Made by a program: the position numbers and the translations under genes | Notes under the pieces: generated by a model | Told to the model about the DNA's origin: nothing | The model's database searches: none | What the model saw: only the letters and a program-made list of their open reading frames with translations | Shown here: one piece after another, positions 46,604-56,314 of the stretch | How positions within the stretch are numbered: the stretch's first letter is position 1 | Layout of the letters: each line of letters begins with the position of its first letter | Origin: a virus | Strand: one strand, 5' to 3' | Virus record (IMG/VR): IMGVR_UViG_3300035698_023018 | Span: 2,648-66,647 of that record | Length of the DNA stretch: 64,000 nt

Positions 46604-46843
46604 TTACACTACTTCTTTGAGATTTTTTGATTCGCAATAATTACACCGAAATATCACAGGTCCCGTAGCTACAATTTCTGATAAGCCCGTATAAATATCG
46701 TGAAACATACCATGATCACACTCCCATGAGAGAGTTCTCTTAGCTAAGACCTTACCACAATTTCGGCACTCCACATGTTCTAAAGTCCCAAGAGCCCGCT
46801 GTATTGCCTGTTCTTTCTTACTTATCTCGATTGCGTTTCCCAA
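46604..46843 (-). CDS. small Zn-ribbon protein with ExxIQxALG leader
   Basis: SKKEQAIQRALGTL..CRNCG...CNYC; start codon uncertain. Confidence 0.55.
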   Translation of the reverse strand: MGNAIEISKKEQAIQRALGTLEHVECRNCGKVLAKRTLSWECDHGMFHDIYTGLSEIVATGPVIFRCNYCESKNLKEVV

Positions 46844-47280
46844 TACTCTGAGTGATTCACTTTAGGATCCCATCTCTTATCATCCTCTAAACTTGCTTCT
46901 ACCGTTACATTCGATACGCCAATCATAATAGCATCGTCAGTAAGAGTTTGCCATGCATTGGCATAATTTTCAGGAACATACAATGCCCACGGCAAATTTC
47001 CCGACAGTGTAAATACTTCAGGCTTCCAACCTGTCGGATTATCAGTCAACATCATATCACCAGGAAGTAATACAAACTTAATACCGCCTTTCAAGCAAAT
47101 AAAAATCTTCGCTTCATGCTTATGATGATGATACCCGCGAACTGTCCCAGTTTGAAAATTATCACATACATAAACTCGCTTACCTTTAAACTTAAGCTCA
47201 GGTAATAGCAGAGGAATATTCGTAAAGTGACCTCTATCATCTACGAACAGATCTCTTTTAACTAAGTGTGCGGTCTTCAT
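46822..47280 (-). CDS. cupin NDP-sugar isomerase/epimerase (FdtA/RmlC-like)
   Basis: DDRG.F, VRGYHHH, F.CLKG, LYVP..YA. Confidence 0.8.
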   Translation of the reverse strand: MKTAHLVKRDLFVDDRGHFTNIPLLLPELKFKGKRVYVCDNFQTGTVRGYHHHKHEAKIFICLKGGIKFVLLPGDMMLTDNPTGWKPEVFTLSGNLPWALYVPENYANAWQTLTDDAIMIGVSNVTVEASLEDDKRWDPKVNHSEYWETQSR

Positions 47281-48215
47281 AACTTACCCCTAAACTGGAG
47301 AGTTGAGATATTTGAATACTTGATATGTGAAAAGTCTTTAATACGTCCCTCACGATAAATGCGGGCAATATCCGTCACTGTATCGCATATGGATGCTTTT
47401 GGTGCAAACTTTAACTGCTGTTTCGCCTTTTCTCCCGATGCTTTATAATTCCGCCGATCTTCAAACTCCATTTCAGTGACTTCAATTTCAACAGTAGGAA
47501 TCACTTCCTGAACAATATGAGCGAGATCAATAATCTTATAATTACGTTCAAGTAAATTAAAGACGCCGGGACACATCGCAAAACTTTGGCCCACCATAAC
47601 TTCTGCTAAATCTCGCACATGTAGCATAGGCCGATACTGTTCTCCGCCAAATACTGATATCTTGCCCTCAATAAGCGCACGAATCGACAAAATGTTAACC
47701 ACTAAATCGTTACGCAGTCTTCCCGTTACACCGTGGACTGTACCTAACCGTGGAATGAATACTTGGGGCTTATCTTTCAAAATCTCTTCTGCACGTATTT
47801 TAGTCTCTGCATATAGTGACAATGGATTGAAAGGAGATTCTTCAGTTACGAGATCGTCATTTGCACCATATACTGAACACGATGAGGGGAAAATAAGCTT
47901 ACCTTCAAAATAGTCGCGTAAAATCTCAACTGATGTAATATTAGCTATCCTAGTTTCCTGTGGCCGCGCATTACAAGCAGCATCTCCAACAATTCCTGCT
48001 AAATGTATCACTACATCCGGTTGAAACTTCTTTAAAAGGGGTATCATAAACTTCGGATCACCTACATTACCTGCTTGAAAGGGTACATTCCGAAGATAGT
48101 TATCTTCGTACAAAAGGTTATCGACTACTAAAAGTTCATGAGTCCTTAAAGTATGTAATAAGTCGACGACAGCATGACCAATAAAACCAGCTCCGCCTGT
48201 GACCATCATTTTCAT
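47277..48215 (-). CDS. NAD-dependent sugar epimerase/dehydratase
   Basis: TGGAGFIG, HLAGIVGD, SSCSVYG, YAETK, RPMLHVRD. Confidence 0.88.
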   Translation of the reverse strand: MKMMVTGGAGFIGHAVVDLLHTLRTHELLVVDNLLYEDNYLRNVPFQAGNVGDPKFMIPLLKKFQPDVVIHLAGIVGDAACNARPQETRIANITSVEILRDYFEGKLIFPSSCSVYGANDDLVTEESPFNPLSLYAETKIRAEEILKDKPQVFIPRLGTVHGVTGRLRNDLVVNILSIRALIEGKISVFGGEQYRPMLHVRDLAEVMVGQSFAMCPGVFNLLERNYKIIDLAHIVQEVIPTVEIEVTEMEFEDRRNYKASGEKAKQQLKFAPKASICDTVTDIARIYREGRIKDFSHIKYSNISTLQFRGKL

Positions 48216-48216
48216 G

Positions 48217-49161
48217 TTACTTCTCCCCCGAAGGCAAAAGTCCTTCCGTTATTAACAACTCTTTTACTTCTTTCTTCGATGCAAATGGACCATCAGCAGA
48301 ATCATAACCATCTACCATCGACTCACTTAATTTTTCACTTTCAAATGCGCCAATTACCTCAACTTCCCCATTTACATGCTCTGCAAATATCTCAGCAATA
48401 TCCTTAATTTTGATAGAAGGTAACTTCGGAATTCTAAATATTTCCCTATCTATCGTATGAATGGGAGGAGAGTTTATTTCAATATTACCGAACACTCGCG
48501 GATCCTGATTTATTCCATCTATAATTGAGTGAATAATCAAACCGATGGCTTGACTAAATGTAATGAAGAACCGAGTCATCCGTTCATCGGTTACAGGAAA
48601 GACGGGATTGGGTTGTTTCATGAGATGTAGATATAAAGGAATCAGTGACCCGGCAGAATTTAATATGTTGCCATACCGTACACCTACAAATCGAGTATTA
48701 CTCTTTTTCTTGGATGCATTTGCCCATATATGTTCCGCAATATTTTTAGTCATGCCATAAAGCGTACGTGGCGCAATTACTTTATCGGTAGAGACGAAAC
48801 AGGCCGCCCTAACATCATTCGCTAAACATGCACGAACAACGTGTTTTGTACCGTGAATATTTGTTAACACAGTCTGCATAGGATTATGTTCACAAATTTT
48901 GACGTGTTTCTGTGCAGCCGTGTGCACAACAACGTCAGGTTTATAGTGCGCAACCGCATCCGATACACTTTGCTGATCTCGTACATCGCCGAGTACAAAA
49001 AAAACTCTAGGATCGTCGGGATATCTCAACGCCATCCTGTACTGTTTCTGCTCGTCCCTGGAAAATACAACAAAGTTATGGTGCACATCAGCTTTATGTA
49101 AAAAGTCGATCAGATACGAACCAAGACTACCAGTTCCGCCTGTCACCATGATTACACTCAT
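48217..49161 (-). CDS. UDP-GlcNAc 4,6-dehydratase-like (PseB/CapD family)
   Basis: TGGTGSLG, FSRDEQKQ, AAQKHV..CE.NP, STDK, YGMTK, RYGN, TDERMTRF. Confidence 0.88.
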   Translation of the reverse strand: MSVIMVTGGTGSLGSYLIDFLHKADVHHNFVVFSRDEQKQYRMALRYPDDPRVFFVLGDVRDQQSVSDAVAHYKPDVVVHTAAQKHVKICEHNPMQTVLTNIHGTKHVVRACLANDVRAACFVSTDKVIAPRTLYGMTKNIAEHIWANASKKKSNTRFVGVRYGNILNSAGSLIPLYLHLMKQPNPVFPVTDERMTRFFITFSQAIGLIIHSIIDGINQDPRVFGNIEINSPPIHTIDREIFRIPKLPSIKIKDIAEIFAEHVNGEVEVIGAFESEKLSESMVDGYDSADGPFASKKEVKELLITEGLLPSGEK

Positions 49162-49499
49162 TCTATCTCCCCATCCGTGATATTGATCCTACTATTAAAT
49201 ACTCTCAATAAATCTTGTTGGGCTCGCATGATCGCCCGAGGAACTGTTGCCGGATATAAAATTGAATGCCCATTACTAAGCGCCACGTTACCGATATAAT
49301 TAAAACACCTTTCAATATATTGAAAAATTTCAATTAACGGGTCAATACTACCGGGTATTTGATCGTTAACGCGAATTGCGCCTATTAATGTTCTGTCAAT
49401 ATTCCCATCTACAACTGTATGCACTGTATATATGCTCGGTATCGCAGTAACCGTTAATATACATTGCGGATATGCACATTGGTCCATATCTAATTCCAT
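49158..49499 (-). CDS. hypothetical protein
   Basis: 113-aa ORF coupled to neighbours. Confidence 0.5.
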   Translation of the reverse strand: MELDMDQCAYPQCILTVTAIPSIYTVHTVVDGNIDRTLIGAIRVNDQIPGSIDPLIEIFQYIERCFNYIGNVALSNGHSILYPATVPRAIMRAQQDLLRVFNSRINITDGEIE

Positions 49500-50336
49500 T
49501 TATCGATTTCTCCCACACGGCCGACCCTTTCCGACTTTACCTGCATCAACCATCGCCTGCTGAAGTTTAATATGTTCAGCAGTACCAGTCTTATTGAGCC
49601 CATTTACACTATATGCGCTATTTGCCCTAAACCAGCCCCAATAGTTTAATAGCCTTCCACCTCTATACCCCGCAAAAAGGATCCTATCTCCAAACAATCC
49701 TTCAGGGTTCTCCGGAGATCTGATACTCCCATGTTTAATATGTTTATCCGTCGGAAAACCTACACTTTTAGCCACTGCAGTCTTAGATAGCATACCACCC
49801 ATCGACACAAGTATACCGTATGCATAACAATGTTCGCCGTCATCCACGACACCTCCGCCATATTTAGGATGTACCCAACCTGGCCAAGCTTCATTAAATT
49901 CGGGGCGCTGTAAATTACCCGTCAATCCGTATAGGTTATCCTTCTTTCGTAGAAGCTTGATTGCCTCAACAAACCATTCATGAGGGTCATAAATAGTAGT
50001 CCAATCATCTTCCAAATTGATGAAATAATCTGTATCGGTCGCATCAAGAAGAGATTGGGCAACGTTACCCCAATAAGGCCAAGGTTCAATTATTAACTTA
50101 TGTACATTAGGTACCGTCTTCAAATACTCAATGCACTTATCTGACTGTAATAAAGGAGTATTATAATGTTGTAACGATTCCTCCGTAGGCACAGACTCGA
50201 AAATAATGAATTGCCAATTTGGATAGGTATTATGTTCCATAAACGATTCAATATCTTGCTTAACTAGATCGTACCTACCCGTACTAGTAAGCCATACAGA
50301 TATCTTAGGATAATCAAATCCCTCAATCAGATCCAT
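49500..50336 (-). CDS. GT-A (GT2-like) glycosyltransferase, paralog 3
   Basis: PKISVWLTSTGR, LEDD motif. Confidence 0.75.
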   Translation of the reverse strand: MDLIEGFDYPKISVWLTSTGRYDLVKQDIESFMEHNTYPNWQFIIFESVPTEESLQHYNTPLLQSDKCIEYLKTVPNVHKLIIEPWPYWGNVAQSLLDATDTDYFINLEDDWTTIYDPHEWFVEAIKLLRKKDNLYGLTGNLQRPEFNEAWPGWVHPKYGGGVVDDGEHCYAYGILVSMGGMLSKTAVAKSVGFPTDKHIKHGSIRSPENPEGLFGDRILFAGYRGGRLLNYWGWFRANSAYSVNGLNKTGTAEHIKLQQAMVDAGKVGKGRPCGRNR

Positions 50337-51747
50337 CTATTTTATCCTTTTTGATATGCACAACATAACTATAAATATAATTGTTAACGGTACTAATACC
50401 TCTACAAATACGTGTAATTTGTCCTCCTGCATCACTTACTATTTGCTTAATTTTGTCTTCATTACGCATCATAGCTCCCGCTTCAAGAACATCTATTTCA
50501 CATTTAGGCTGGAAATCTTTTGGCCAAGGCGCAAGACCATTGCCAGCTACACCAAGTGCAAATACTCTGTCAGGTTTTAAACTTCGTACAACAGTGCGTA
50601 TCTGTTTTCTTAACGTATCGTCTGATTGATGACATGATACATTATGTGAAATCACCAAGTCAAAATATTGTTCAGGGAGTTCGTCGACTCCATCAAGATA
50701 TGTGTGTTCAACAATATCTTTTACACATTCAAAAGCTTCAGGAACAATATCCATTATAGATACATGAACACCTTTATTCACCGCAGCTACGGTACTATAG
50801 CCCAAACCTGGACCAATTTCAAGGATGTGACTTCCTGATACTATTTTATCCGCTACTTTTAAATGATCCCAAGTAGTCTTTCCTGTATTTCCAGAAAGTA
50901 CGTGGTGATTATGAATTACATGATGTTTGCGCCAATATGCTTGCAGGAGTGCGAGTTGATTGGCAATTACATGAAGGTTCGTCCCTTTATCACGTCGACC
51001 ATAGTGACCATCCGCAGCCATATCCATATAGATCTTCTTACTCCATGCTCGATCACGCCCGGTAACTTCTGTATGCCCAATATGTGCGAAAGATCCAAAA
51101 TATTTCAACATCACGCCCATATACATATCGTGCTTCACCATTGCTTCATTTTGATGACATTCGATTCGCCAAAAATCTTTCAATGGATGATCTACTGGAT
51201 AACCTCCAATTCTCTGCATCTTATCTACATCTACAAATGTAGCACCCCCTGCAGTAGGCCAGTAGAGATAGTCAGAAATTGGATGACGTTTAACACCAGT
51301 GAATCTTTTGTCTGTTTCATCGACTGAAGGATTGGATAAATCATTTCGAAAACCTAAAAGGTTAGGATCATCTTTGAGCAGTTCAATACCATCAAGCCAC
51401 TGTTCTTTCGGATCACATAAACATAAACAATCATCTTCAAGACATATTGCGTATTTTGCATCAGTCACTGCCAAAAATTTAGATAAAACATTCCCAAATG
51501 GCGGCCAAGGTTCTACCCAAAGACGTTTATTAGGCATATCTAACTCATTAAGATATTGTACACATTTTTCAGTATCTATAAGAGTAGTATTGAAATACTT
51601 ACGACTTTCTCCAGTTGGTACGGATTCAAAAATAAGCCATTCAATATCCGGATACGTATTGTGTTCAAGAAAACTGTCTATAGTCGTTTTCAGGAATTCA
51701 AATCTACCCGTACTTGTAATCCATACAGAGATTTTAGGGTAATCCAT
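50323..51747 (-). CDS. GT-A glycosyltransferase fused to class I SAM methyltransferase, paralog 2
   Basis: PKISVWITSTGR, LEDD, HIG; C-terminal ILEIGPGLG, MDI, FDLVIS..V..H. Confidence 0.8.
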   Translation of the reverse strand: MDYPKISVWITSTGRFEFLKTTIDSFLEHNTYPDIEWLIFESVPTGESRKYFNTTLIDTEKCVQYLNELDMPNKRLWVEPWPPFGNVLSKFLAVTDAKYAICLEDDCLCLCDPKEQWLDGIELLKDDPNLLGFRNDLSNPSVDETDKRFTGVKRHPISDYLYWPTAGGATFVDVDKMQRIGGYPVDHPLKDFWRIECHQNEAMVKHDMYMGVMLKYFGSFAHIGHTEVTGRDRAWSKKIYMDMAADGHYGRRDKGTNLHVIANQLALLQAYWRKHHVIHNHHVLSGNTGKTTWDHLKVADKIVSGSHILEIGPGLGYSTVAAVNKGVHVSIMDIVPEAFECVKDIVEHTYLDGVDELPEQYFDLVISHNVSCHQSDDTLRKQIRTVVRSLKPDRVFALGVAGNGLAPWPKDFQPKCEIDVLEAGAMMRNEDKIKQIVSDAGGQITRICRGISTVNNYIYSYVVHIKKDKIDGSD

Positions 51748-52639
51748 TCTCTTTCCTCTTACCTAAAAAGTGTTCGCGAGGCTTCTTCGCCTGCTTATCC
51801 GTCCCATCACCACACCAACCCTTTTCAGCCATTTCAGCATATTGCTCTACAGTCCATCCACGATCTCCGCCCTGTACGCCATGATGACCTATATGTGCAA
51901 GACATCCATAGTATGAAAGGTTAATTCCTGTATACATTCCAGCTTCGCGCATCTTACGTGATTGGTCATGTTCAGTCTGAATATACTGATCTGGTGCGTG
52001 ATCCGTAATAAATCCACCAATATCACTTACTTTATACGCATCCATTAGCTGAGCACCACCGGAACACCATTGTCGCCATATAACGTATTGCGTCCCTTCG
52101 ATACTAAATGTTTCAGGAAATCTTGGGCATCCTGCGAATACCGTCTCATCGCGTAAATCCATACGTATGCCAAGTAATCTCGGATCAGCACGAAATAATT
52201 TAATATTATCGACTAATTGCGCACACGGATCAGTAACAGTACGCAAATCATCTTCAATATTGATATAATATCCTTCAGTATTTTCTAAGAGTTTCGTATA
52301 AGTCAAACCCAACCGTTCAAAAGGCTGTATGAATAACTTAAAAGTAATTTTAGGAAATTTCTTTTTTAAGGAATTCAAATACTCTTCAGTAGCATCCCCA
52401 TCAATGTATTCTAATGCAAAGAATTTCTTCGAAACATCGGTCATTTGAGAATGTACGATGACAAATTCATAGTTTAAATAGGTACAATGCTCGATCCACG
52501 ATTCAATTGTGGACACCAATACATCAAGCCTACCTGTCGAAGTTACCCATACACTTATTTTGGGAAACTCTTCAGCATTAGTATAATGTGCCTCATAGTC
52601 AAAAGAGGGATCATTAATTTTTGGCATAGATCCTGGCAT
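51734..52639 (-). CDS. GT-A (GT2-like) glycosyltransferase, paralog 1
   Basis: PKISVWVTSTGR, IEDD, HIG. Confidence 0.75.
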   Translation of the reverse strand: MPGSMPKINDPSFDYEAHYTNAEEFPKISVWVTSTGRLDVLVSTIESWIEHCTYLNYEFVIVHSQMTDVSKKFFALEYIDGDATEEYLNSLKKKFPKITFKLFIQPFERLGLTYTKLLENTEGYYINIEDDLRTVTDPCAQLVDNIKLFRADPRLLGIRMDLRDETVFAGCPRFPETFSIEGTQYVIWRQWCSGGAQLMDAYKVSDIGGFITDHAPDQYIQTEHDQSRKMREAGMYTGINLSYYGCLAHIGHHGVQGGDRGWTVEQYAEMAEKGWCGDGTDKQAKKPREHFLGKRKENGLP

Positions 52640-53549
52640 AGTCTACCAACTCCTCATATTCTTTAGGCATGTGCAACTTAAGATAGGTATGGAAAAACGG
52701 ACTAACTCTATCTTTAGTAGGAAAAGCAAATTGATTACCTACGGTCATGTTCTTAAACATTACATCAGGCACATGCCAACCTAATGGCGCATCCATATCT
52801 TCTTCGTTGAAATCAGAGACCTTATAACCTAGTTGTTGAATCCTATGCGCAAACATAAGTTCACCTGCATGTACAGCCCAGTCACGATAACAATTTCCTT
52901 GAGTAATCCACTTCTCACCCCAATACTGATCGAATAACTGATAGATATGGCCTCTAATAAAGGAGAAGAATCCCGATGTATAGTACACTGCAGGAGTAGG
53001 TATAACATTACCTTCAATATCAGTATACTCAATGTGATCGGGACACTGGAAAGGCTTCACAGTCATCCACGCACCAATCAAACCAATCTCGTCATCTTCA
53101 CACATCTTATCAACGCCATCTTTGTACCACCTATCTTTGATAGGAATACAATCGGCATCGCACGTAAAGTAGTACCTAAAATTAGGGTATGCGTGGTATA
53201 GTGCTTGGCGGGATGAAAAGGGTCCAGGATAGTCTTTCTCAATGATATCAAGAACTTTTATAGTTGTTCCGAACTTCGTCTTTGTACCATCAATTTCCTT
53301 ATAATAAGCTTGAGTCAATTCACAATCCGTAGGTCCCGCATTAAGAATTACGAAATACTCAAGGAATATACCTGGATCGAACTTGAAATAGTCTTCAATG
53401 GATGCCTTAATAAATTCCAGCTTTTCCGCAGGGTCACTTATTTGACCCCCTGCAGAATCTCTATTGAAAGGTGTATCTACCATATTGAACATAATGATAG
53501 ATGCTATTGCATAATTTTTCGGCTTCTTATCATATTGACTGTGAATCAT
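52614..53549 (-). CDS. putative GT-A glycosyltransferase
   Basis: YFTCDADC DxD motif, GE...RI...GY; cluster context. Confidence 0.6.
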   Translation of the reverse strand: MIHSQYDKKPKNYAIASIIMFNMVDTPFNRDSAGGQISDPAEKLEFIKASIEDYFKFDPGIFLEYFVILNAGPTDCELTQAYYKEIDGTKTKFGTTIKVLDIIEKDYPGPFSSRQALYHAYPNFRYYFTCDADCIPIKDRWYKDGVDKMCEDDEIGLIGAWMTVKPFQCPDHIEYTDIEGNVIPTPAVYYTSGFFSFIRGHIYQLFDQYWGEKWITQGNCYRDWAVHAGELMFAHRIQQLGYKVSDFNEEDMDAPLGWHVPDVMFKNMTVGNQFAFPTKDRVSPFFHTYLKLHMPKEYEELVDYARIYAKN

Positions 53550-54673
53550 TAATCTTGCTCCCTCACTGCTTGGCACAGCGCATCAAACATATAATCGATA
53601 TCTTCGGTGGTTAAACCTTGATGACATCCTACAATAAACCCCTGCGAATTAATAAACTTCGACGCAGGATACTTATGCTCAATATTTCCATACATTTGAC
53701 GGAAAATGGGTTGATTAGTTAAAGGAAGCAATACTCTACTATCAATGCCTTTTGCAAATAATGACTTCAATACCTTTTCACGAGTCAATTCAGCGTCCAA
53801 TATTATTGGGAAGAACTGGAAGATACATTTAGAGACATAATCCATATCAGGAAAACGTACTCTATGGCAAAAGTCACTATCTTGCCACAGCTTATACAGA
53901 TACCTAGCATTTTCCTTACGTTTTTGAATAATACCATCAAGTTTATCTACTTGTGCAAGACCAAATGCAGCTTCTAATGCATTGCCCCTAAAAGATGTGC
54001 CTACTTTATCAAAACAAAAGCGGTCTACCCACATATCGTTGTACTTCGTAAAATCACCACCAAATTTCCGGCCATGGGTAATATAACTTCTTGCGTAGTC
54101 CGCTAAATGTCTATCATTCAGACACAACATCCCGCCACTACCAGTAGTGATAATATGTGCAACATAGAAACTGAGACACACAATATCGCCATAGGTACAT
54201 TCCAGATTACCCGCGGCTTCACACGCATCTTCGACAGTAAATTTAGTAGCATCAGGTGGATGTCCAGCAGAGTGCCCACACAAATCCACAGGGAGAGCAA
54301 TGTCATATTCTTCACCGGACACTTTGGTATAATCGATACAAAAGGTCCTAGGATCGATATCACAGAATATGGGAATGTTACCTGTATTTAGAACTGCCCA
54401 TAAAGTAGCTGCGTATGTTGTTGTAGGTACCAAAACAGTTAGAGGGCGATTGTGGATACCTAAATATTCTTGAGCTAACACTAACGAAACTTCTAAAGCA
54501 CTTTGACCCGAATTTACAAATATGCCATACTTCTTCCCATGTCTATCTGCAATGCGCTCTTCGAACTCATCAATCGCAGGACCTGCTGACAAGAAACCTG
54601 AATCAATCGTCTCAATAACTTTAGCTTTTTCAGACCCATCAATATCTAATGTGCCTATAGTAATTCGTTTCAC
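53549..54673 (-). CDS. DegT-fold PLP/PMP enzyme with His in place of Lys (RfbH/ColD-like 3-dehydratase candidate)
   Basis: FVNSGQSA, EDACEA, SFYVAHIITTGSGG; GTG start at 54673. Confidence 0.8.
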   Translation of the reverse strand: MKRITIGTLDIDGSEKAKVIETIDSGFLSAGPAIDEFEERIADRHGKKYGIFVNSGQSALEVSLVLAQEYLGIHNRPLTVLVPTTTYAATLWAVLNTGNIPIFCDIDPRTFCIDYTKVSGEEYDIALPVDLCGHSAGHPPDATKFTVEDACEAAGNLECTYGDIVCLSFYVAHIITTGSGGMLCLNDRHLADYARSYITHGRKFGGDFTKYNDMWVDRFCFDKVGTSFRGNALEAAFGLAQVDKLDGIIQKRKENARYLYKLWQDSDFCHRVRFPDMDYVSKCIFQFFPIILDAELTREKVLKSLFAKGIDSRVLLPLTNQPIFRQMYGNIEHKYPASKFINSQGFIVGCHQGLTTEDIDYMFDALCQAVREQD

Positions 54674-55413
54674 GATAATCTGTCCCCTACGTGAAGTATG
54701 CCATTGTACAATGCTCCCCAAGGCATCTTCCACTTACGCATAAACGTTTCTTTTGCCTTTTCCCTATGATGTGCATTATCAGGAATCTTATCAGTAGTAA
54801 TACATTGAAAATGATATACACAGCAATCGGCTACTGCACGAAACTCATAAGGTGCAGGTGAGAAAGAATCGGTAGCTGCTGCAAAATAAATCTTCGCGGC
54901 AAAATCAGGATCAGTACCAAAGCATGGAAAATACGACTCATCATAGCCACCTACGTGATCCCATAGCGCTTTAGTCACAAAAATGGGACAATAAGGCGAT
55001 ACCACATCGTGCATCTTTCGATCTACTTTCCATTTTTGGAGTAATCCTGCCGCATCGAAATCTTTAGGAGTTCTACCAAAGTCCCAAGGCGAATTCATAC
55101 AAGCATTTTCATACTGCGGTTCAATCATTAATGCAGTTAAATATTGATAATAGATATCTGGATTGACTGCAGCAAGAAGTGCTTCATCCCAACCGGGGCC
55201 TACCCACATATCATCATTCAGGTAGCAAATATAATCACCCGTTGCCTGTCTGCCTAACATATTAAGAGCTTTAGGCAGGCCAAGATTATTATCTACAGTA
55301 TTCTGATGAATGAGTACTTCATGGTCAACGACAGTATTTTTCTCGATAGAATCTACAAGAAACTTTGTATACTCTAAGTTATCTAATGTAGGAATCAGGA
55401 TCGATATTTTCAT
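54670..55413 (-). CDS. GT2 glycosyltransferase
   Basis: ISILIPT, YLNDD, GGYDESY..D.DF, VYH. Confidence 0.88.
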   Translation of the reverse strand: MKISILIPTLDNLEYTKFLVDSIEKNTVVDHEVLIHQNTVDNNLGLPKALNMLGRQATGDYICYLNDDMWVGPGWDEALLAAVNPDIYYQYLTALMIEPQYENACMNSPWDFGRTPKDFDAAGLLQKWKVDRKMHDVVSPYCPIFVTKALWDHVGGYDESYFPCFGTDPDFAAKIYFAAATDSFSPAPYEFRAVADCCVYHFQCITTDKIPDNAHHREKAKETFMRKWKMPWGALYNGILHVGDRLS

Positions 55414-56285
55414 AGTTCATCCAATTGTGTACCAAAATCGGCAATTCGTAACTTCGCCAATTCTTCAGGATATTCAGTAACCAAAACCTTATTTGCCGTC
55501 ACGTTATCATCTTGACGTACTTCAACCTCAAGACCATTTTGCACACGATACATCTGCAATATACGGTACTTACTTAACGGAGGCGTGGCAATGTGTAAAA
55601 GATTTGGACCAATTTCAATACCTTCATCTAAAATACGCCAACACACCTTGCCAAACTCTACGCCAGTTATTGGGGATATAACCCACTTATTATAACCCTC
55701 GACTCTTTCTTGCCGCTTAAACCAAGTGAACATTTGAAACGCATCAGGATCAAGTTCCTCCCCCAATAAACAACATCTAAATACCTGTGAACGTAATTGT
55801 ACTACTACATCTGCGAATATCTTCGTATACCCATATAATCCGTAAGAAGGTGCTGGAGGAGAATTCTCAGTATACGGCCCATTCTTCCCATCAAATACAC
55901 AATCGGTACTAGGATGTATCAGTTTAGACCCATATGTCATCGATAATGCAATCGGTAATTCCGTATTAATCATATAGTATTCGTGCGGAGTAGGTATTTG
56001 GCCACCACGAAACTTATTCAACACCCCAATACAATTAATGACCATATCGACATCGCCAATCTGTTCAGCCAAGTCTTGTACGCGGTGAATAGTGGGAGTC
56101 ATAGGATGCACTGCATTAAATAACATTCGAGTGTGATCTAAAACTCCACCATATACTTTATCAAGCTGATCAAATTTATCCGCAGACCGAGCAGTCAATA
56201 CTAAATCACATTTATCTTTCAGGGCCCCATAAACTGAACTGCCTAACATACCAGTGGCGCCGATAATTGCAATACGTTTTCTCAT
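55410..56285 (-). CDS. NDP-4-keto-sugar reductase (RmlD-like)
   Basis: GATGMLG, INCIG, HPSTDCVFDG, YGYTK. Confidence 0.85.
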   Translation of the reverse strand: MRKRIAIIGATGMLGSSVYGALKDKCDLVLTARSADKFDQLDKVYGGVLDHTRMLFNAVHPMTPTIHRVQDLAEQIGDVDMVINCIGVLNKFRGGQIPTPHEYYMINTELPIALSMTYGSKLIHPSTDCVFDGKNGPYTENSPPAPSYGLYGYTKIFADVVVQLRSQVFRCCLLGEELDPDAFQMFTWFKRQERVEGYNKWVISPITGVEFGKVCWRILDEGIEIGPNLLHIATPPLSKYRILQMYRVQNGLEVEVRQDDNVTANKVLVTEYPEELAKLRIADFGTQLDEL

Positions 56286-56314
56286 CAGTTATCCCTATTT
56301 ATTAGATTTGACAA

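Noticed and set aside
56290-56314. TAATAAATA upstream of the RmlD-like gene as a T4-like late promoter
   Set aside because: Imperfect match, and I did not find it recurring in the other intergenic gaps.
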